NCBI GenBank assembly: GCA_963631395.1
Contig: CAVGQN010000001.1
Span: forward strand, 1,368 to 65,367
Direction of reading: 5' to 3'
Source of the DNA: a bacterium
GTDB taxonomy: Bacteria; Bacteroidota; Bacteroidia; Bacteroidales; UBA3663
DNA: 64,000 nucleotides
Of this stretch, positions 8,385-19,704 are shown one piece after another. The first letter of the stretch is position 1; each line of letters begins with the position of its first letter. The notes beneath the pieces were generated by a model. It saw only the letters and a list, made by a program, of their open reading frames with translations, had not been told where the DNA came from and searched no databases. Both the position numbers and the translations under genes were made by a program.

Positions 8385-10868
8385 ATGAAAAAGATGCTTA
8401 GTAAAAGCAACCTGTTTTGCTGTGTGCTGGCTATGGCTTCCTTCGTGGGACTCAGTTCGTCTTGTCAGGACGAGATGAAGGACTACTACAAGGAACCTAG
8501 TTCGATTAAAGGCAGTGTCTATGAGATTCTGAAGGAATCGGGCGACTACACCGTATTCCTACAGGGAGTCGAGACCTGTGGATGGACTTCACTTCTTCAG
8601 GGCCGTGCCATCATGACCGTCATGGCTCCTAACGATGCTTCGATGAACGCTTATCTGCAGGCTAACTACGGGACGACCGACATCACGCAACTTTCCGTTG
8701 CGGAGTTGAAGAAGCTCATCGGTTTCCACCTGTTGTACTATTCGTTCAACAAGGAGAAGATGGTCAACTTCCGTCCTGAAGAGGGCGATGGTGCGACAGA
8801 GGAACAGAAGCAAGTCAACGCCGGTCTGTACTACAAGTTCAGAACGCGCAGCCAGGATGCTCCCGAGACCGTGGAGGTCGACCACATGCTTGACGACATG
8901 GGCAACGTTGTCGATACATTCGGCATTACGGCCGACGTGTACCACATGGAGCGTTTCGTCCCCGTGTTCTCCAAGGAGATGTTCAACACCTATGTGATTG
9001 ACGGCAAGAAGAACTACGAGTATTTCTATCCCGAAACGGAGTACAAGGCCGAGGATGCCGACAACCTGGGCTTCCAGGTTTCCAATGCCACCGTGACCAA
9101 CACCGACGAGGTGATTGCCAAAAACGGATATATATATTATGTAGACCGCGTGGTGCGTCCGCTGGAGACTATCCAGAAGGAGCTCTCCTCAAGGTCGGGC
9201 TTCAGTCAGTTCCTCAAACTGTATGAGCAGTACGGTTACTATGAGGTCAACCAGAACCTGACCGACTTGTATGGCGGCGGCTCGACTACCTACTATACGA
9301 GAAACTACAAGAGCAGTTACAGGTTGCCGAACATTTGGCTGGAGTGGCCTACGAGCAGCTATACTTCGTTCTCCGTATTGTCTTCTGCCAATTACAGTTA
9401 CTCGATATTCGCTCCAACGGATGAGGCTTTCAACGAGTTCTACAAGGAATACTGGGGCGATGAGGGTACCGGCTATCCGAGCGAGGTCTGCTACGACAGC
9501 ATCTCGAACGATGCTATCGGATACCTGTTGTCCAACTCCGTCTACACGGGATTGGCATTCCCCGAGGAGATCGAGAAAGGCGACATCGAGAACGGCTACA
9601 CCGGTACGGTCATCAAGTTCGATGTCTTCGACGAGACAGCAGTGCCAGCCGAGAACCGTGTGATATGTGCCAACGGTATGCTCTATGGCCAGAATATCCT
9701 GACTCCTCCGGCAGTGTTCGGCTCCGTGTCAGGTCCGGCTTATAAATATAAGAAGTACAGTGTCTTCCTGCAGATGCTCAACAAGAGCGACATGCTCGAG
9801 GAACTCTACAGCGACCAGGTTAGCTATATCCTGCTCTATCCCAGCAACAACCAGTTTGCCAGCGAGGAAATTTGGTACGACGCTTCGACCGGTAAGGTCA
9901 TGAACTACAACGACACCAAGAAGGAAGTCGAGGTGGGCGCAGCTGTGCAGAAGCAGTATGCCAAGGCCCACATGATCAACTTGTACGGCGAGTCGAAGGA
10001 GCTGGAGAGTCCTGCTTCGGGCGTCAACGTCTATCGTACTTATGCCGACGATCCTGTCTACATCTACGTCAAGGACGGCAAGATTACCAATAGCTATTTG
10101 TTCAACAATCTCATCGACTATGCCGGCAACCCGCTGACCGACAAGGCTTCCATTTGGGCTGACTTCAAGGAGATTACCTTCCGCGACGGCAGCTGGAGCA
10201 ACGGTCACTGCTACGAGTACGACACCACCAACGACTCGTTGCTGCTGCTCGGCAACCTCAGCAATGCGCTCTATGCCAAGTTCATGCCGATGATCTATAC
10301 GCACCGCAACGACCAGGGCACCTTGTTCGAGGGCTTCATCCAGATGCTCGTCATGGCCGACATGATGGACACGGAGTCGCAGAGCATGGCCTATATGAGC
10401 GATGAGGACACCTATCTGATGTTGGTTCCTACCACCGATGCCATCAAGAAGGCTATCCTGGCCGGCGAGTTCCCCCACGTTACCACGACAGCCACCAGTG
10501 CCGACGACGAGCAGTTCTGGGCGCTCACTTCAGTCAAGGAGGGCGATACCGAACTGGCTGACCTGCAGCACTATCTGATGCAGTACTTCCTGCCTGTCAG
10601 CACCTCTCCGGCCAACCAGTATCCTTACCTGGGCTGGGGTCAGGACGTATCTGACACAGGCATCCCGAGCATCATCGACGAGAGTGTCGTACCTGCCGCA
10701 TGTGTGTACATCGACATCACTGACACGGGCTCGGCTCTCGTGGCCAAACCTGTTGCCGGCACGAAGGAAGTGCCGTTCTATTCAGGCTATGACTACTTGC
10801 CGTTTACCTTCAGCGACGGCTGCGTACAGTTCCTTGACGGTATTTTCGAGGACGTATGGCCCAAGTGA
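8385..10868 (+). CDS. Multi-FAS1 (fasciclin) domain surface lipoprotein
   Basis: 827 aa. The lipoprotein signal ends ...GLSSSC. There are repeated FAS1 hallmarks: IMTVMAPNDASMNAYL...LIGFHLLYY...KNGYIYYVDRVVRPL; again SIFAPTDEAFNEFY; and again LMLVPTTDAIKKAI. Confidence 0.75.
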   Translation: MKKMLSKSNLFCCVLAMASFVGLSSSCQDEMKDYYKEPSSIKGSVYEILKESGDYTVFLQGVETCGWTSLLQGRAIMTVMAPNDASMNAYLQANYGTTDITQLSVAELKKLIGFHLLYYSFNKEKMVNFRPEEGDGATEEQKQVNAGLYYKFRTRSQDAPETVEVDHMLDDMGNVVDTFGITADVYHMERFVPVFSKEMFNTYVIDGKKNYEYFYPETEYKAEDADNLGFQVSNATVTNTDEVIAKNGYIYYVDRVVRPLETIQKELSSRSGFSQFLKLYEQYGYYEVNQNLTDLYGGGSTTYYTRNYKSSYRLPNIWLEWPTSSYTSFSVLSSANYSYSIFAPTDEAFNEFYKEYWGDEGTGYPSEVCYDSISNDAIGYLLSNSVYTGLAFPEEIEKGDIENGYTGTVIKFDVFDETAVPAENRVICANGMLYGQNILTPPAVFGSVSGPAYKYKKYSVFLQMLNKSDMLEELYSDQVSYILLYPSNNQFASEEIWYDASTGKVMNYNDTKKEVEVGAAVQKQYAKAHMINLYGESKELESPASGVNVYRTYADDPVYIYVKDGKITNSYLFNNLIDYAGNPLTDKASIWADFKEITFRDGSWSNGHCYEYDTTNDSLLLLGNLSNALYAKFMPMIYTHRNDQGTLFEGFIQMLVMADMMDTESQSMAYMSDEDTYLMLVPTTDAIKKAILAGEFPHVTTTATSADDEQFWALTSVKEGDTELADLQHYLMQYFLPVSTSPANQYPYLGWGQDVSDTGIPSIIDESVVPAACVYIDITDTGSALVAKPVAGTKEVPFYSGYDYLPFTFSDGCVQFLDGIFEDVWPK

Positions 10869-10905
10869 TGGTTATAAGTAAAAGTTGAAAGTTAAAAAAA
10901 TCTAT

Positions 10906-13900
10906 ATGAAGAATATACTGAACAAACTTGGACTTGTGCTTGTGATGTCGCTCGTATGCGCTTCAGCATGGGGCCAGCAGATAATCAGTGGCGTCGTCTA
11001 CGAACGGTTCGGGGCCTCCAAGGAGCCTTGTATGGGCGTCAACGTGGCCGTTGTCAATGACCAGAACCGTACCCTCACCGGTACTACCACCGATATGGAC
11101 GGCAACTATTCCATCAAGATGCCTGTGGGGCAGAACCTGACCCTGGTCTTCTCCTTCATCGGTATGGCCCCTCAGCGTGTGGCCTACACCGGACAGAAGC
11201 GTTTGGACATCACGATGGAAGAGGACAGCAAGACGCTGCAGGAAGTCGTCGTGGCTACGGGCCGTACGGTCAAATCCGAACTCGGCCTGACGGCCAAACA
11301 GTTTACGGGTGCATCGCAGAGCATCAAGATGGAAGAAGTCTTCGAGGCTTTGCCGGTCAACTCTGTCGAAGAGGTCCTGCAGGGCCAGCTCGGCGGTGTC
11401 GACATTCTGACGGGCGGTGACCCGGGTGCCAAGGGTTCTATCCGTATCCGCGGTACCGCTACCCTCAACTCCAGCGCAGACCCGCTCATCGTCATCAATG
11501 GCGTGCCTTACAATACGGACATCGCCGACGACTTCGACTTCTCTACGGCCAACACCGAGGACTTCGCCGACATGCTTTCGCTCAACCCGAACGATATCGA
11601 GGGCATCGAGGTACTCAAGGATGCCGCTTCTACCGCTATGTACGGTACCAAGGGTGCCAACGGTGTGCTCTTGATTACGACCAAGAAAGGTGTGCGCGGC
11701 AAGCCGAAGTTCACCTTCTCGCACAAGTCTTCGCTCAAGGTCGAGCCGGATGCCATTCCGATGCTCAACGGCGACGAATATACGGCCTACATGCAGGATG
11801 CCATCTGGAACACGGCCAATGCCAAGGGCCTGTCTTCCTCACATAGTCTGATTCAGATGCTGTTCCCCTCGGAGCCTACCGACAACGGTTACGCCATCGG
11901 CTACGAACCTAGCTGGAGCTACTTCGACGAGTACAATGTCAATACCAACTGGCTCGACGAGGTGCGCAAGAACGCCTATACCACCGACAACAACTTCTCT
12001 ATGTCGGGCGGTGGCGACAAGGCTACCTACCGTTTCTCTTTGGGATGGACGTCTGAAGACGGTACCACCAAGGCAACCGACATGACGCGTCTGACGTCTT
12101 CACTCAACATCGGCTACAACTTCTCCGACCGCTTCAAGGTGTCGGCCGAGTTCACCTATTCCGACACTAAGAACACCTCTGCCTACTTTACGAGCGACCA
12201 GACCCGTACGGAGGCACAGCGCAAGATGCCTAACAAGTCGCCCTATTATATAGACGACGAGACCAAGGAGGCCACCGACATCTACTTCACCTACCAGGAT
12301 GCCAACGAGTTCCAGGGTGCTTTCACCGGCAGTGCCAACTTCCATCCCATCGCTGCTGTCAACGAGTCGTGGAAGAACACCAACACCAAGGAGGAGAAGA
12401 TGAACATCAGTCCGAGGTTTGTCATCATCCGCGACGAAAACAAGAACCCGATTCTCCAGTATCAGGGTTACGTCTCGATGAAGTTCAAGACGACCAAGGA
12501 CAACCGCTACCTTCCGCAGGAGGTGACCGGTGTGAACATCAACTCTACGAACTGCAATTTCGCCTACGACGCTTCGACCAACAATTTCTCCCTGCAGACA
12601 GAGACCAAGTTGCTCTACAACCAGAGCTTCAAGGACAACTTGCACAACATCGTGGCTACCCTCTTGTGGCGTACCACACAGTCGAGCAGCTCGAGCTACA
12701 CCTCGCAGGTGTATGGCGTGGCCAACGGACAGATGGCCGATCCTACCACCGGCGGTACGCTGTACAACAGTTCAATCAACTCAGGTTCGTCTGAGGGCAG
12801 GACACTCTCCGGCATCGCCAACCTGAACTATACCTTCATGCGCTTCCTGACGGTCAATGCCACCTGGAACTACGAAGGCAACTCCGCTCTTGCCAAAACC
12901 AACCGTTGGGGTCTCTTCCAGTCTTATGGCGGCGCCCTGAACCTGCAGGACTTCGAGCCTCTGAAGGAGAAGACCGAGGATTGGCTCAGCCAGGCCAAGA
13001 TCCGTTACAGCTGGGGTCAGTCAGGCAAGTCGCCTTCGGGTACTTCGCCCTACGTCGGCACATACACGGCTCTTAGTTCCAAGTACGGCACCAAGACACC
13101 TATCGTGCCTAACTCCATGCAGCTCAACAAACTGAAATGGGAGACCTCTACCGAATGGGACTTGGGCGTCGATTTGGGCTTCTGGAACAACAAAGTGACC
13201 ATGACGTTCGACTACTACGACAAGACCACCGAGGACTTGTTGCAGAAAGGTGTGACCGTGTCTTCGACCTCGGCATTCTCCAGCTTGTCATACACCAACT
13301 CCGGTTCGCTGGAAAACAAAGGTTGGGAGTACCGTATCGACTACGAAATCTTCAAGAACAAGGACTGGCAGATTAAGGCCGACTTCAACATCAACCGCAA
13401 CCGCAACGAAATCATCGAATTGCCGAGCAACCTGGCCGAAGAGACCTATTCGCTCAAGAACGGTCAGTATGCACAGAAGCTCGTGACGGGTACCCCGACC
13501 GGTTCGTTCTTCGGCTACCGCTACAAGGGCGTATACCAGAATCTGGAAGATACCTACGCCCGCGATGCCGAGGGCAACATCATGCGTGACCTCGAGGGCA
13601 ATGCCATCGTCATGAAGAACAGTACCTACACCTGTTATCCCGGCGATGCCAAGTACGAGGACATCAACCACGACGGCAAGATTGACAAGAACGATATCGT
13701 GTATATCGGCAACTGCAACCCTGTGGTCCATGGCGGTGCCGGCGTGTCAGTGCGCTACAAGGACTGGACGCTCACCACACGTTTCCACTACCGTCTCGGT
13801 CAGAAGGTCATCAACTCTGCCCGTATGAACAACGAGGCCATGTACAACAAGGACAACCAGTCGAAGGCCGTCCTGCGCCGCTGGCGTTCGGAGGGCGACG

Positions 13901-14214
13901 ACACCGACATCCCACGCGCCTTGTATGGCTACGGCTACAACTACTTGGGTTCGGACCGCTTCGTCGAGGACTGCTCGTACATCCGTCTGCAGACCATCTC
14001 GCTGACCTACCGTTTCCCGAAGAGCTTCGTCCAAAAGTTGCATGCAGCCAACATGAGTTGCTTCATCACAGGCTACGACCTGTTTACATGGACCAACTAC
14101 AAGGGCCAGGATCCGGAAGTTTCACTGCCTTCGAAGATTACAGACCTCTCGCAGGATAACTCCACCACGCCCCGCAGTCGGCGGTTCTCATTCGGTGTAA
14201 CGCTCGGCTTTTAA
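10906..14214 (+). CDS. SusC/RagA-family TonB-dependent outer-membrane transporter (pair 1)
   Basis: The track ORF starts at a TTG (10885). I use the ATG at 10906 (MKNILNKLGLVLVMS...). The protein has a CarboxypepD_reg-like N-terminus (ISGVVYERFG...GNYSI), the SusC hallmark DPLIVINGVPY, and a C-terminal ...FGVTLGF. There is no STN signalling domain. Confidence 0.9.
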   Translation: MKNILNKLGLVLVMSLVCASAWGQQIISGVVYERFGASKEPCMGVNVAVVNDQNRTLTGTTTDMDGNYSIKMPVGQNLTLVFSFIGMAPQRVAYTGQKRLDITMEEDSKTLQEVVVATGRTVKSELGLTAKQFTGASQSIKMEEVFEALPVNSVEEVLQGQLGGVDILTGGDPGAKGSIRIRGTATLNSSADPLIVINGVPYNTDIADDFDFSTANTEDFADMLSLNPNDIEGIEVLKDAASTAMYGTKGANGVLLITTKKGVRGKPKFTFSHKSSLKVEPDAIPMLNGDEYTAYMQDAIWNTANAKGLSSSHSLIQMLFPSEPTDNGYAIGYEPSWSYFDEYNVNTNWLDEVRKNAYTTDNNFSMSGGGDKATYRFSLGWTSEDGTTKATDMTRLTSSLNIGYNFSDRFKVSAEFTYSDTKNTSAYFTSDQTRTEAQRKMPNKSPYYIDDETKEATDIYFTYQDANEFQGAFTGSANFHPIAAVNESWKNTNTKEEKMNISPRFVIIRDENKNPILQYQGYVSMKFKTTKDNRYLPQEVTGVNINSTNCNFAYDASTNNFSLQTETKLLYNQSFKDNLHNIVATLLWRTTQSSSSSYTSQVYGVANGQMADPTTGGTLYNSSINSGSSEGRTLSGIANLNYTFMRFLTVNATWNYEGNSALAKTNRWGLFQSYGGALNLQDFEPLKEKTEDWLSQAKIRYSWGQSGKSPSGTSPYVGTYTALSSKYGTKTPIVPNSMQLNKLKWETSTEWDLGVDLGFWNNKVTMTFDYYDKTTEDLLQKGVTVSSTSAFSSLSYTNSGSLENKGWEYRIDYEIFKNKDWQIKADFNINRNRNEIIELPSNLAEETYSLKNGQYAQKLVTGTPTGSFFGYRYKGVYQNLEDTYARDAEGNIMRDLEGNAIVMKNSTYTCYPGDAKYEDINHDGKIDKNDIVYIGNCNPVVHGGAGVSVRYKDWTLTTRFHYRLGQKVINSARMNNEAMYNKDNQSKAVLRRWRSEGDDTDIPRALYGYGYNYLGSDRFVEDCSYIRLQTISLTYRFPKSFVQKLHAANMSCFITGYDLFTWTNYKGQDPEVSLPSKITDLSQDNSTTPRSRRFSFGVTLGF

Positions 14215-14264
14215 TTGAGATTTGTATGACGAATGAAGAATTAAAGGTTAGAAAGGATATAACA

Positions 14265-15893
14265 ATGAAGAAAATCAAAGATATATGTGCTTCCGTACTG
14301 CTCGGTTCCTTCCTTTTGGCAGGCAACAGCTGTAGCGATTATCTCGACATTCTCCCTGAGAACTCGCAGGTGTCAGATACGTATTGGAAGAGCGCCGATG
14401 ACGTGGAGAACTTCCTGATGGGCGGTTACTACTATCTGCGCAGCAATGTGGAGAGTTACATCATCCCCTGGGGCGAACTGCGTGCCAGTGTCGTCTACCA
14501 GTGGAGCGGTACGCCGAAACTGCAGTCCTGGCAGATGACTTCGACTGACAGCTACTGCAAGTGGGACTCCTGGTACAAGATTATCAATATCGCCAATACC
14601 GTCCTGGAGCGTGCTGACGAAGCCTGTCAGAACAGCGACACTTACACCGAGGCCGCCCGTAACAGCCATTATACCGAGGCTGCCTTCCTGCGTGCCATCT
14701 CTTACTTCTATCTGGTGCGCAACTTCCGCGACGTGCCGATGCCGCTCAAGGCATATAGCAACGACAAGGTGGTTATCAACATCCCGAAAGTTTCCGAGGA
14801 TACGGTGATCAACCAGATCAAGGCCGACCTGAAGGCCGCCATAGCCACGGGTGCTGCCAAAGAGAGTTTCGAGACGACCTGGGAGACCAAGGGCCGTGCT
14901 ACCAAGTGGGCCCTGTATGCCTTGATGGCCGACGTCTGCCTGTGGCATGAGGACTACGAGGAGTGCATTACCTATTGCGATGCCCTGCTCAACGCCAGCG
15001 GCAGCAAGGTGCCGGCATTCATGGCCACTCCGACCCGTTCGAACTACATGTCGATGTACAACCCCGGAAACTCCAACGAGAGCATCTTCGAAATCCAGTA
15101 CAACTACGAGGAGGACCAGACCAACAATCTGCCGTTGCTTTTCGACGATCAGAATGCTGCTGGCATCTATGCCATCTCGGCTGAGGCCTGCACGGACTTT
15201 GTGAACGAATACACGGCCATCGTCGGCGACAATGAGGGAGCCATCACCAGTGGCAAGGAGTCGGCCCGTACCTATCACTCAGCCTTCCATCCCGGTTCCA
15301 ACCTTTCAATGGCTCCGGGTCTGCAGAGGGGCTATGTATGGAAGTATATCGGTTCGACGACCGAGGACAAGAAGCGTACGTCGACCTACTACGACCCCAA
15401 CTTCATCATCTACCGTATGGCCGACATCATCCTGATGCGTGCCGAGGCCTACCTCCGTCTGGACGGTGACAATCCGACCACCGAACACAAGCTTGAGGCT
15501 ATCAGGATGATCAACAAGATACGCGAGCGTGCCGGTTATACCGACGAGAACAATATCGCTGGAGCCGAGCTCAGCAGCAACAATCTGGAGGAGGCCTATT
15601 TCGTGGTCGAACAATACACTCAGGAGCAACTGCTTGAGAAGGTTCTTGACGAGCGCAAGCTTGAGTTTGTCGGTGAAGGCAAGATCTGGTATGACATGCT
15701 CCGTATGGGCCGTGCCAACAACAACAAGTACAAGACACAGTTCATCGTCGAGCAGGTCATCCGCTACAACACGTCGGCATCGGAGTCCTGGTTGCGTTCG
15801 GTGCTCAATTCGGACAATGCCCTCTTCCTGCCTATCTATAATTCGGAAATAGAGAGCAACGACAAGCTTGTGCAGAATCCATACTACAAATAA
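14265..15893 (+). CDS. SusD/RagB-family lipoprotein (pair 1)
   Basis: An upstream ATG at 14226 is also possible. I prefer 14265 (MKKIKDICASVLLGSFLLAGNSCSDYLD), which gives a lipobox. The sequence is a TPR-like SusD fold (YWKSADDVENFLMGGYYYLR..., RAEAYLRL...) and sits immediately after SusC. Confidence 0.85.
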   Translation: MKKIKDICASVLLGSFLLAGNSCSDYLDILPENSQVSDTYWKSADDVENFLMGGYYYLRSNVESYIIPWGELRASVVYQWSGTPKLQSWQMTSTDSYCKWDSWYKIINIANTVLERADEACQNSDTYTEAARNSHYTEAAFLRAISYFYLVRNFRDVPMPLKAYSNDKVVINIPKVSEDTVINQIKADLKAAIATGAAKESFETTWETKGRATKWALYALMADVCLWHEDYEECITYCDALLNASGSKVPAFMATPTRSNYMSMYNPGNSNESIFEIQYNYEEDQTNNLPLLFDDQNAAGIYAISAEACTDFVNEYTAIVGDNEGAITSGKESARTYHSAFHPGSNLSMAPGLQRGYVWKYIGSTTEDKKRTSTYYDPNFIIYRMADIILMRAEAYLRLDGDNPTTEHKLEAIRMINKIRERAGYTDENNIAGAELSSNNLEEAYFVVEQYTQEQLLEKVLDERKLEFVGEGKIWYDMLRMGRANNNKYKTQFIVEQVIRYNTSASESWLRSVLNSDNALFLPIYNSEIESNDKLVQNPYYK

Positions 15894-15914
15894 AACCATT
15901 GACAAATCAACGTT

Positions 15915-17780
15915 ATGAAAGCATATAAATATATAATGTTCGCGTGTGTCGGTTCATTGGCCCTGTCGGCTTGCGATGATCCGTTCGAGGGGGATACCTT
16001 TGTCACGCCTACCGACGTCGAGAACGAGATGACTTGCACCACTCTGATGGAGAAGCGCTCGGACGATTTCTCAATGTGGATTGACTTTCTCAAGTACGCT
16101 GACTACTACAACGGACTCAAGGATGCTTCGGCTACGGCTACCGTTTTCGCACCGACCAACAAGGCCATCCAGGAGTTCCTCGAGTGGCGCGGCGTGTCGT
16201 CTATCCAGGAACTGGACAAGACTTATGCACGTGAGGTCGTACAGAACCATATCATCAGCGGCATCAAGATAAGCAACGAGACCTTCATCAATGCGGCTGC
16301 CGACAACCAGGCACTGACCACACAGAGTCTCTTCTTGTCGTATCTGAAACCGACTTTCGGACATATCATCATGGATGTCGACGATGCAGAACGCACCGGC
16401 GATACGCTCAACATCGAGTCTGTCTACATCAACAACCAGGCCATCGTACAGCCCAGGGATTCCGGAGGTATCAACAGTATTGAGGCATCCAACGCCATCA
16501 TCTACTATATGGACGACGTCATCCGTCCGCTGTCGGAGCCTATGGTCTCCAAACTGGAGTCGGAGGGCCAGTACACTATCTTCGCTGCAGCCTGCCGCGA
16601 ATCGGGCTATGACAAGGTAGCCGAGCAGTTGCGCGACACCGTCTATATCCGCGGTGGCGGCTATTCGGTCACGACCTATCAGTTCACGTGTTTTGCTCCT
16701 AGCGACGATGCCATGAAGGCTGCCGGCATCAACAGCCTTGACGACCTCAAGAATATGGTCGGTACGGCCGACAGCGCTCTCTACAAGTATTGCGCCTACC
16801 ACTTCCTGAACTCCAAGCTCAGCAAGTCGGAGTTCCTGAAGTACGACACCGACGATCAGGTGCTCATCTACGACACCAACAACAAGGGCAATGTCATCAC
16901 GGCACAGCATCAGATGAACGCCGACTCCACCTTCGTCACTGACAGCAAGGGCGAGATGGTCACCCTTATCAACGAGAAGGCCAAAATCGTCCGTTCGGAC
17001 ATCGAGGCCCGTAACGGCATGATTCACAAGATTGACTATGTGATGCCCGTCTGGACTCCCAAGCCTGTGACCATCAAGTGGGACTTCTGCAACACGGACC
17101 AGATTATCCGCTTTGCCAATGCCTATGGCGCCAGCAAGAAACTCGGCGACCTCTACTCGACGGCCATGACCAACAAGGAGTATCAGATAGACCTGACGCA
17201 GACCTACCGCGACGGCCAGTTCGGTGAGATCGACTCTACGACCTTCACTTATCAGGCCAACAGCACCAAGGCCAGCTACGGCAACTACCGCGCCATTGGT
17301 TTCTTTAAGAACAAATACTACTCTTCGAAGCAGAAGACCATCAACCACTACCGTTCTTACCTGAACAACCTGCTCTTCGTCAACCTGGGCTATGCCGGTT
17401 GGGTACAGTTCAAGACCCCGACCATCATCAAGGGCAAGTACAAGGTCACACTGCACTATGCTTCCAACTCGACCATGAGCAAGTATCATGCTGCAGGTTC
17501 TTTGACCAAGTTCCAGATTGACCCCGAAGCCAACAAGTCGGAGTGGAGCAAGAATGCATACGTATTCAAGGGCCTGCCTGACAAAAAGGAAGTGGAGTTC
17601 ACGAATTACTGGTCATCCGAGGTCTGCAAACTTGACCTGTGGGTGGGCGCCAATGCCATCGAGTTCACGGAGTCCGGTTCACACAAGCTGAAGGTAACGA
17701 TGCTCGACATCAATGCGAAGACGGGCAACACCTACCACCAGATGTGGGATTACATCCTGTTCGAACCGATAACTGAATAA
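15915..17780 (+). CDS. FAS1-domain lipoprotein with a C-terminal CBM-like beta-sandwich region
   Basis: 621 aa with lipobox LALSAC. FAS1 motifs are ATVFAPTNKAIQEFL...VVQNHIISG...NAIIYYMDDVIRPL and CFAPSDDAMKAAG...NGMIHKIDYVMP. The C-terminal GKYKVTLHYASN...MWDYILFEP resembles a CBM6/35-type pattern. Confidence 0.75.
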   Translation: MKAYKYIMFACVGSLALSACDDPFEGDTFVTPTDVENEMTCTTLMEKRSDDFSMWIDFLKYADYYNGLKDASATATVFAPTNKAIQEFLEWRGVSSIQELDKTYAREVVQNHIISGIKISNETFINAAADNQALTTQSLFLSYLKPTFGHIIMDVDDAERTGDTLNIESVYINNQAIVQPRDSGGINSIEASNAIIYYMDDVIRPLSEPMVSKLESEGQYTIFAAACRESGYDKVAEQLRDTVYIRGGGYSVTTYQFTCFAPSDDAMKAAGINSLDDLKNMVGTADSALYKYCAYHFLNSKLSKSEFLKYDTDDQVLIYDTNNKGNVITAQHQMNADSTFVTDSKGEMVTLINEKAKIVRSDIEARNGMIHKIDYVMPVWTPKPVTIKWDFCNTDQIIRFANAYGASKKLGDLYSTAMTNKEYQIDLTQTYRDGQFGEIDSTTFTYQANSTKASYGNYRAIGFFKNKYYSSKQKTINHYRSYLNNLLFVNLGYAGWVQFKTPTIIKGKYKVTLHYASNSTMSKYHAAGSLTKFQIDPEANKSEWSKNAYVFKGLPDKKEVEFTNYWSSEVCKLDLWVGANAIEFTESGSHKLKVTMLDINAKTGNTYHQMWDYILFEPITE

Positions 17781-17806
17781 TATTAATGAGATAAAAGAAG
17801 AATTGT

Positions 17807-19702
17807 ATGAAAAAGACAATTTGGTATTATATACTTGGAGTCTCTGCCTTGACTTTCGCTGCTTGCAACGACGAGTGGAACGACCACTTCGACGAAGCGG
17901 GCTCGGAGGCTACTTCCGGTGTGGAAGTCTATAAGGGCAATGCAGCATCGTTCGTGCAGGGCGAGTCGGGCCTCAAGCAGTTTGCCTCGCTCTATGAGCA
18001 GGCCGGTCTGATGGACGTCATCGGCCGGGATGACAGCTACTGCACTTTGATTGTGTGCGAAGATGCCAATATCAATCCCGCCACAGACTCGGAGGCCATG
18101 TCCAACGAGAAGTTCGTGACCAATACGGTCTCTGACCTTTCCATTGCGCCGGTCTCGCTCGTCGACGGTTTCGGCATCTATACACGCTGCGGCAAGAACA
18201 TTTGGGTCACTCTCGATGCTGACGGCAACAAGCTGCTCAACGGCAAGAAGATTACCCGTATGGTCCAGACCGACAACGGCTACGTCTATTTCGTGGACGG
18301 CATCATCTCCGCTGCGCCTTCGCTCTACGAGTACATCCAGAGCCTGGGCGACGACTACTCCATGTTCAAGTCGTTCGTGGCTGAGTTCGAGGAGCAGTAT
18401 TTCGATGCCGATGCTTCTACGCCCTGTGGTGTCGACGTGATGGGCAACACCATCTACAGCGATTCGGTTATCTCGACCAAGAACACCCTGATGGACCGTT
18501 ACAACGAGAACGGCCTGCCGACGTGGGATATGCGCAGCGAGTCGTACCTGTCTACGCTCTTCGTCCCTAACAACAAGCTGCTGGAGCATGCCTACACGGC
18601 TGCCCTTGACAGTGTCAAGCTGTTCCTGCGCCGTTCGGTTACTTCAGCCGACTCCCTCAAGTTCCGCAAGTGGATTGTAGAGAGTTGCTTCGTGGACCGC
18701 AAGCTCAGTCCCGAGGAGGTAGCTCCAACGGCCAGCCAGTTCGAGTGCGTCGGCGGATACGTGCAGGAGATTGACGAGACCTCCGATACGGAGACTTACG
18801 AGTCTATCGATGCCGCCCAGTGGAATCCCGCCATCCAGCATGTCGACTACGAGAACCCCGTGAACCTGTCCAATGGTTATGCCTATTTGCTGACCGACTA
18901 CTACAAGATTCCGAACCATATCGTCATCTGGCGTGTCAAGGCACGTTTCTATCAGATTTGGTCAGCCCTCAATGCCACACAGCAGGGTTGGGACGCTACC
19001 AACCTGGTGGCTACCGGTGGCGGCTACTTCCGTTGGAACCACTGGATCAAGCCTTTGGTTGTCAACGATGCCCAGGGCTCGTTCGAGTTGTCGGCCACAC
19101 TGCCTACCATCTACTATCACGTGCTGACGGCCGAACCTGACCAGGAGTCACAGACCGACAGTCTGACGGTCAGTGTGGACTACGACGGTCTGCTCTACAA
19201 TGCCGACGAGAAGCAGTATGGCCTCCAGGAAGTCTATCTGCCGGCAGGTGAGTACAACCTCCGCATGGGCTTCAAGCACTCGCTCGACTACTCTCTGTCC
19301 ATCTATTTCTGCGGTGCTGACGAGGAGTTCAGTGAGGCCAATTGCCTGGTCAAGGATATGGCCATGAAGGCTACCGGTTCGAACTTCCACTTCGACCGTG
19401 CCGGTGCTTCCGAGGGCCTCGAGCTCTACGGTGACGATGCGTCCGGCTATCCGGAGTATTTCGACTGGCGCTGGTGGTACGATCAGGATCCTACCCTCTA
19501 CCAGAAGGCTTCTGCCTACGACACCGACGGCTATCAGATAGCAAGGGTTGTGCTTCACAAACCGGGCAACTTCAAGATCAAGATTGAATCGAGCGACAAT
19601 GCCCTCTTCTATAAGAACGGTGCCATGAACCGCTCCAAGTCCGACATTCAGCAGCTGATGATGTATCACTGGTGTCTCCGTCCAACCACGAATAACTATT
19701 GA
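17807..19702 (+). CDS. FAS1-like lipoprotein with a C-terminal beta-sandwich-like region
   Basis: 631 aa with lipobox LTFAAC. The FAS1 signature is weaker: FASLYEQAGLMDVIG...TLIVCEDANI...TDNGYVYFVDGIISAAPS. The C-terminal GEYNLRMGFKHS...MMYHWCLRP parallels the preceding protein. Confidence 0.6.
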   Translation: MKKTIWYYILGVSALTFAACNDEWNDHFDEAGSEATSGVEVYKGNAASFVQGESGLKQFASLYEQAGLMDVIGRDDSYCTLIVCEDANINPATDSEAMSNEKFVTNTVSDLSIAPVSLVDGFGIYTRCGKNIWVTLDADGNKLLNGKKITRMVQTDNGYVYFVDGIISAAPSLYEYIQSLGDDYSMFKSFVAEFEEQYFDADASTPCGVDVMGNTIYSDSVISTKNTLMDRYNENGLPTWDMRSESYLSTLFVPNNKLLEHAYTAALDSVKLFLRRSVTSADSLKFRKWIVESCFVDRKLSPEEVAPTASQFECVGGYVQEIDETSDTETYESIDAAQWNPAIQHVDYENPVNLSNGYAYLLTDYYKIPNHIVIWRVKARFYQIWSALNATQQGWDATNLVATGGGYFRWNHWIKPLVVNDAQGSFELSATLPTIYYHVLTAEPDQESQTDSLTVSVDYDGLLYNADEKQYGLQEVYLPAGEYNLRMGFKHSLDYSLSIYFCGADEEFSEANCLVKDMAMKATGSNFHFDRAGASEGLELYGDDASGYPEYFDWRWWYDQDPTLYQKASAYDTDGYQIARVVLHKPGNFKIKIESSDNALFYKNGAMNRSKSDIQQLMMYHWCLRPTTNNY

Positions 19703-19704
19703 TT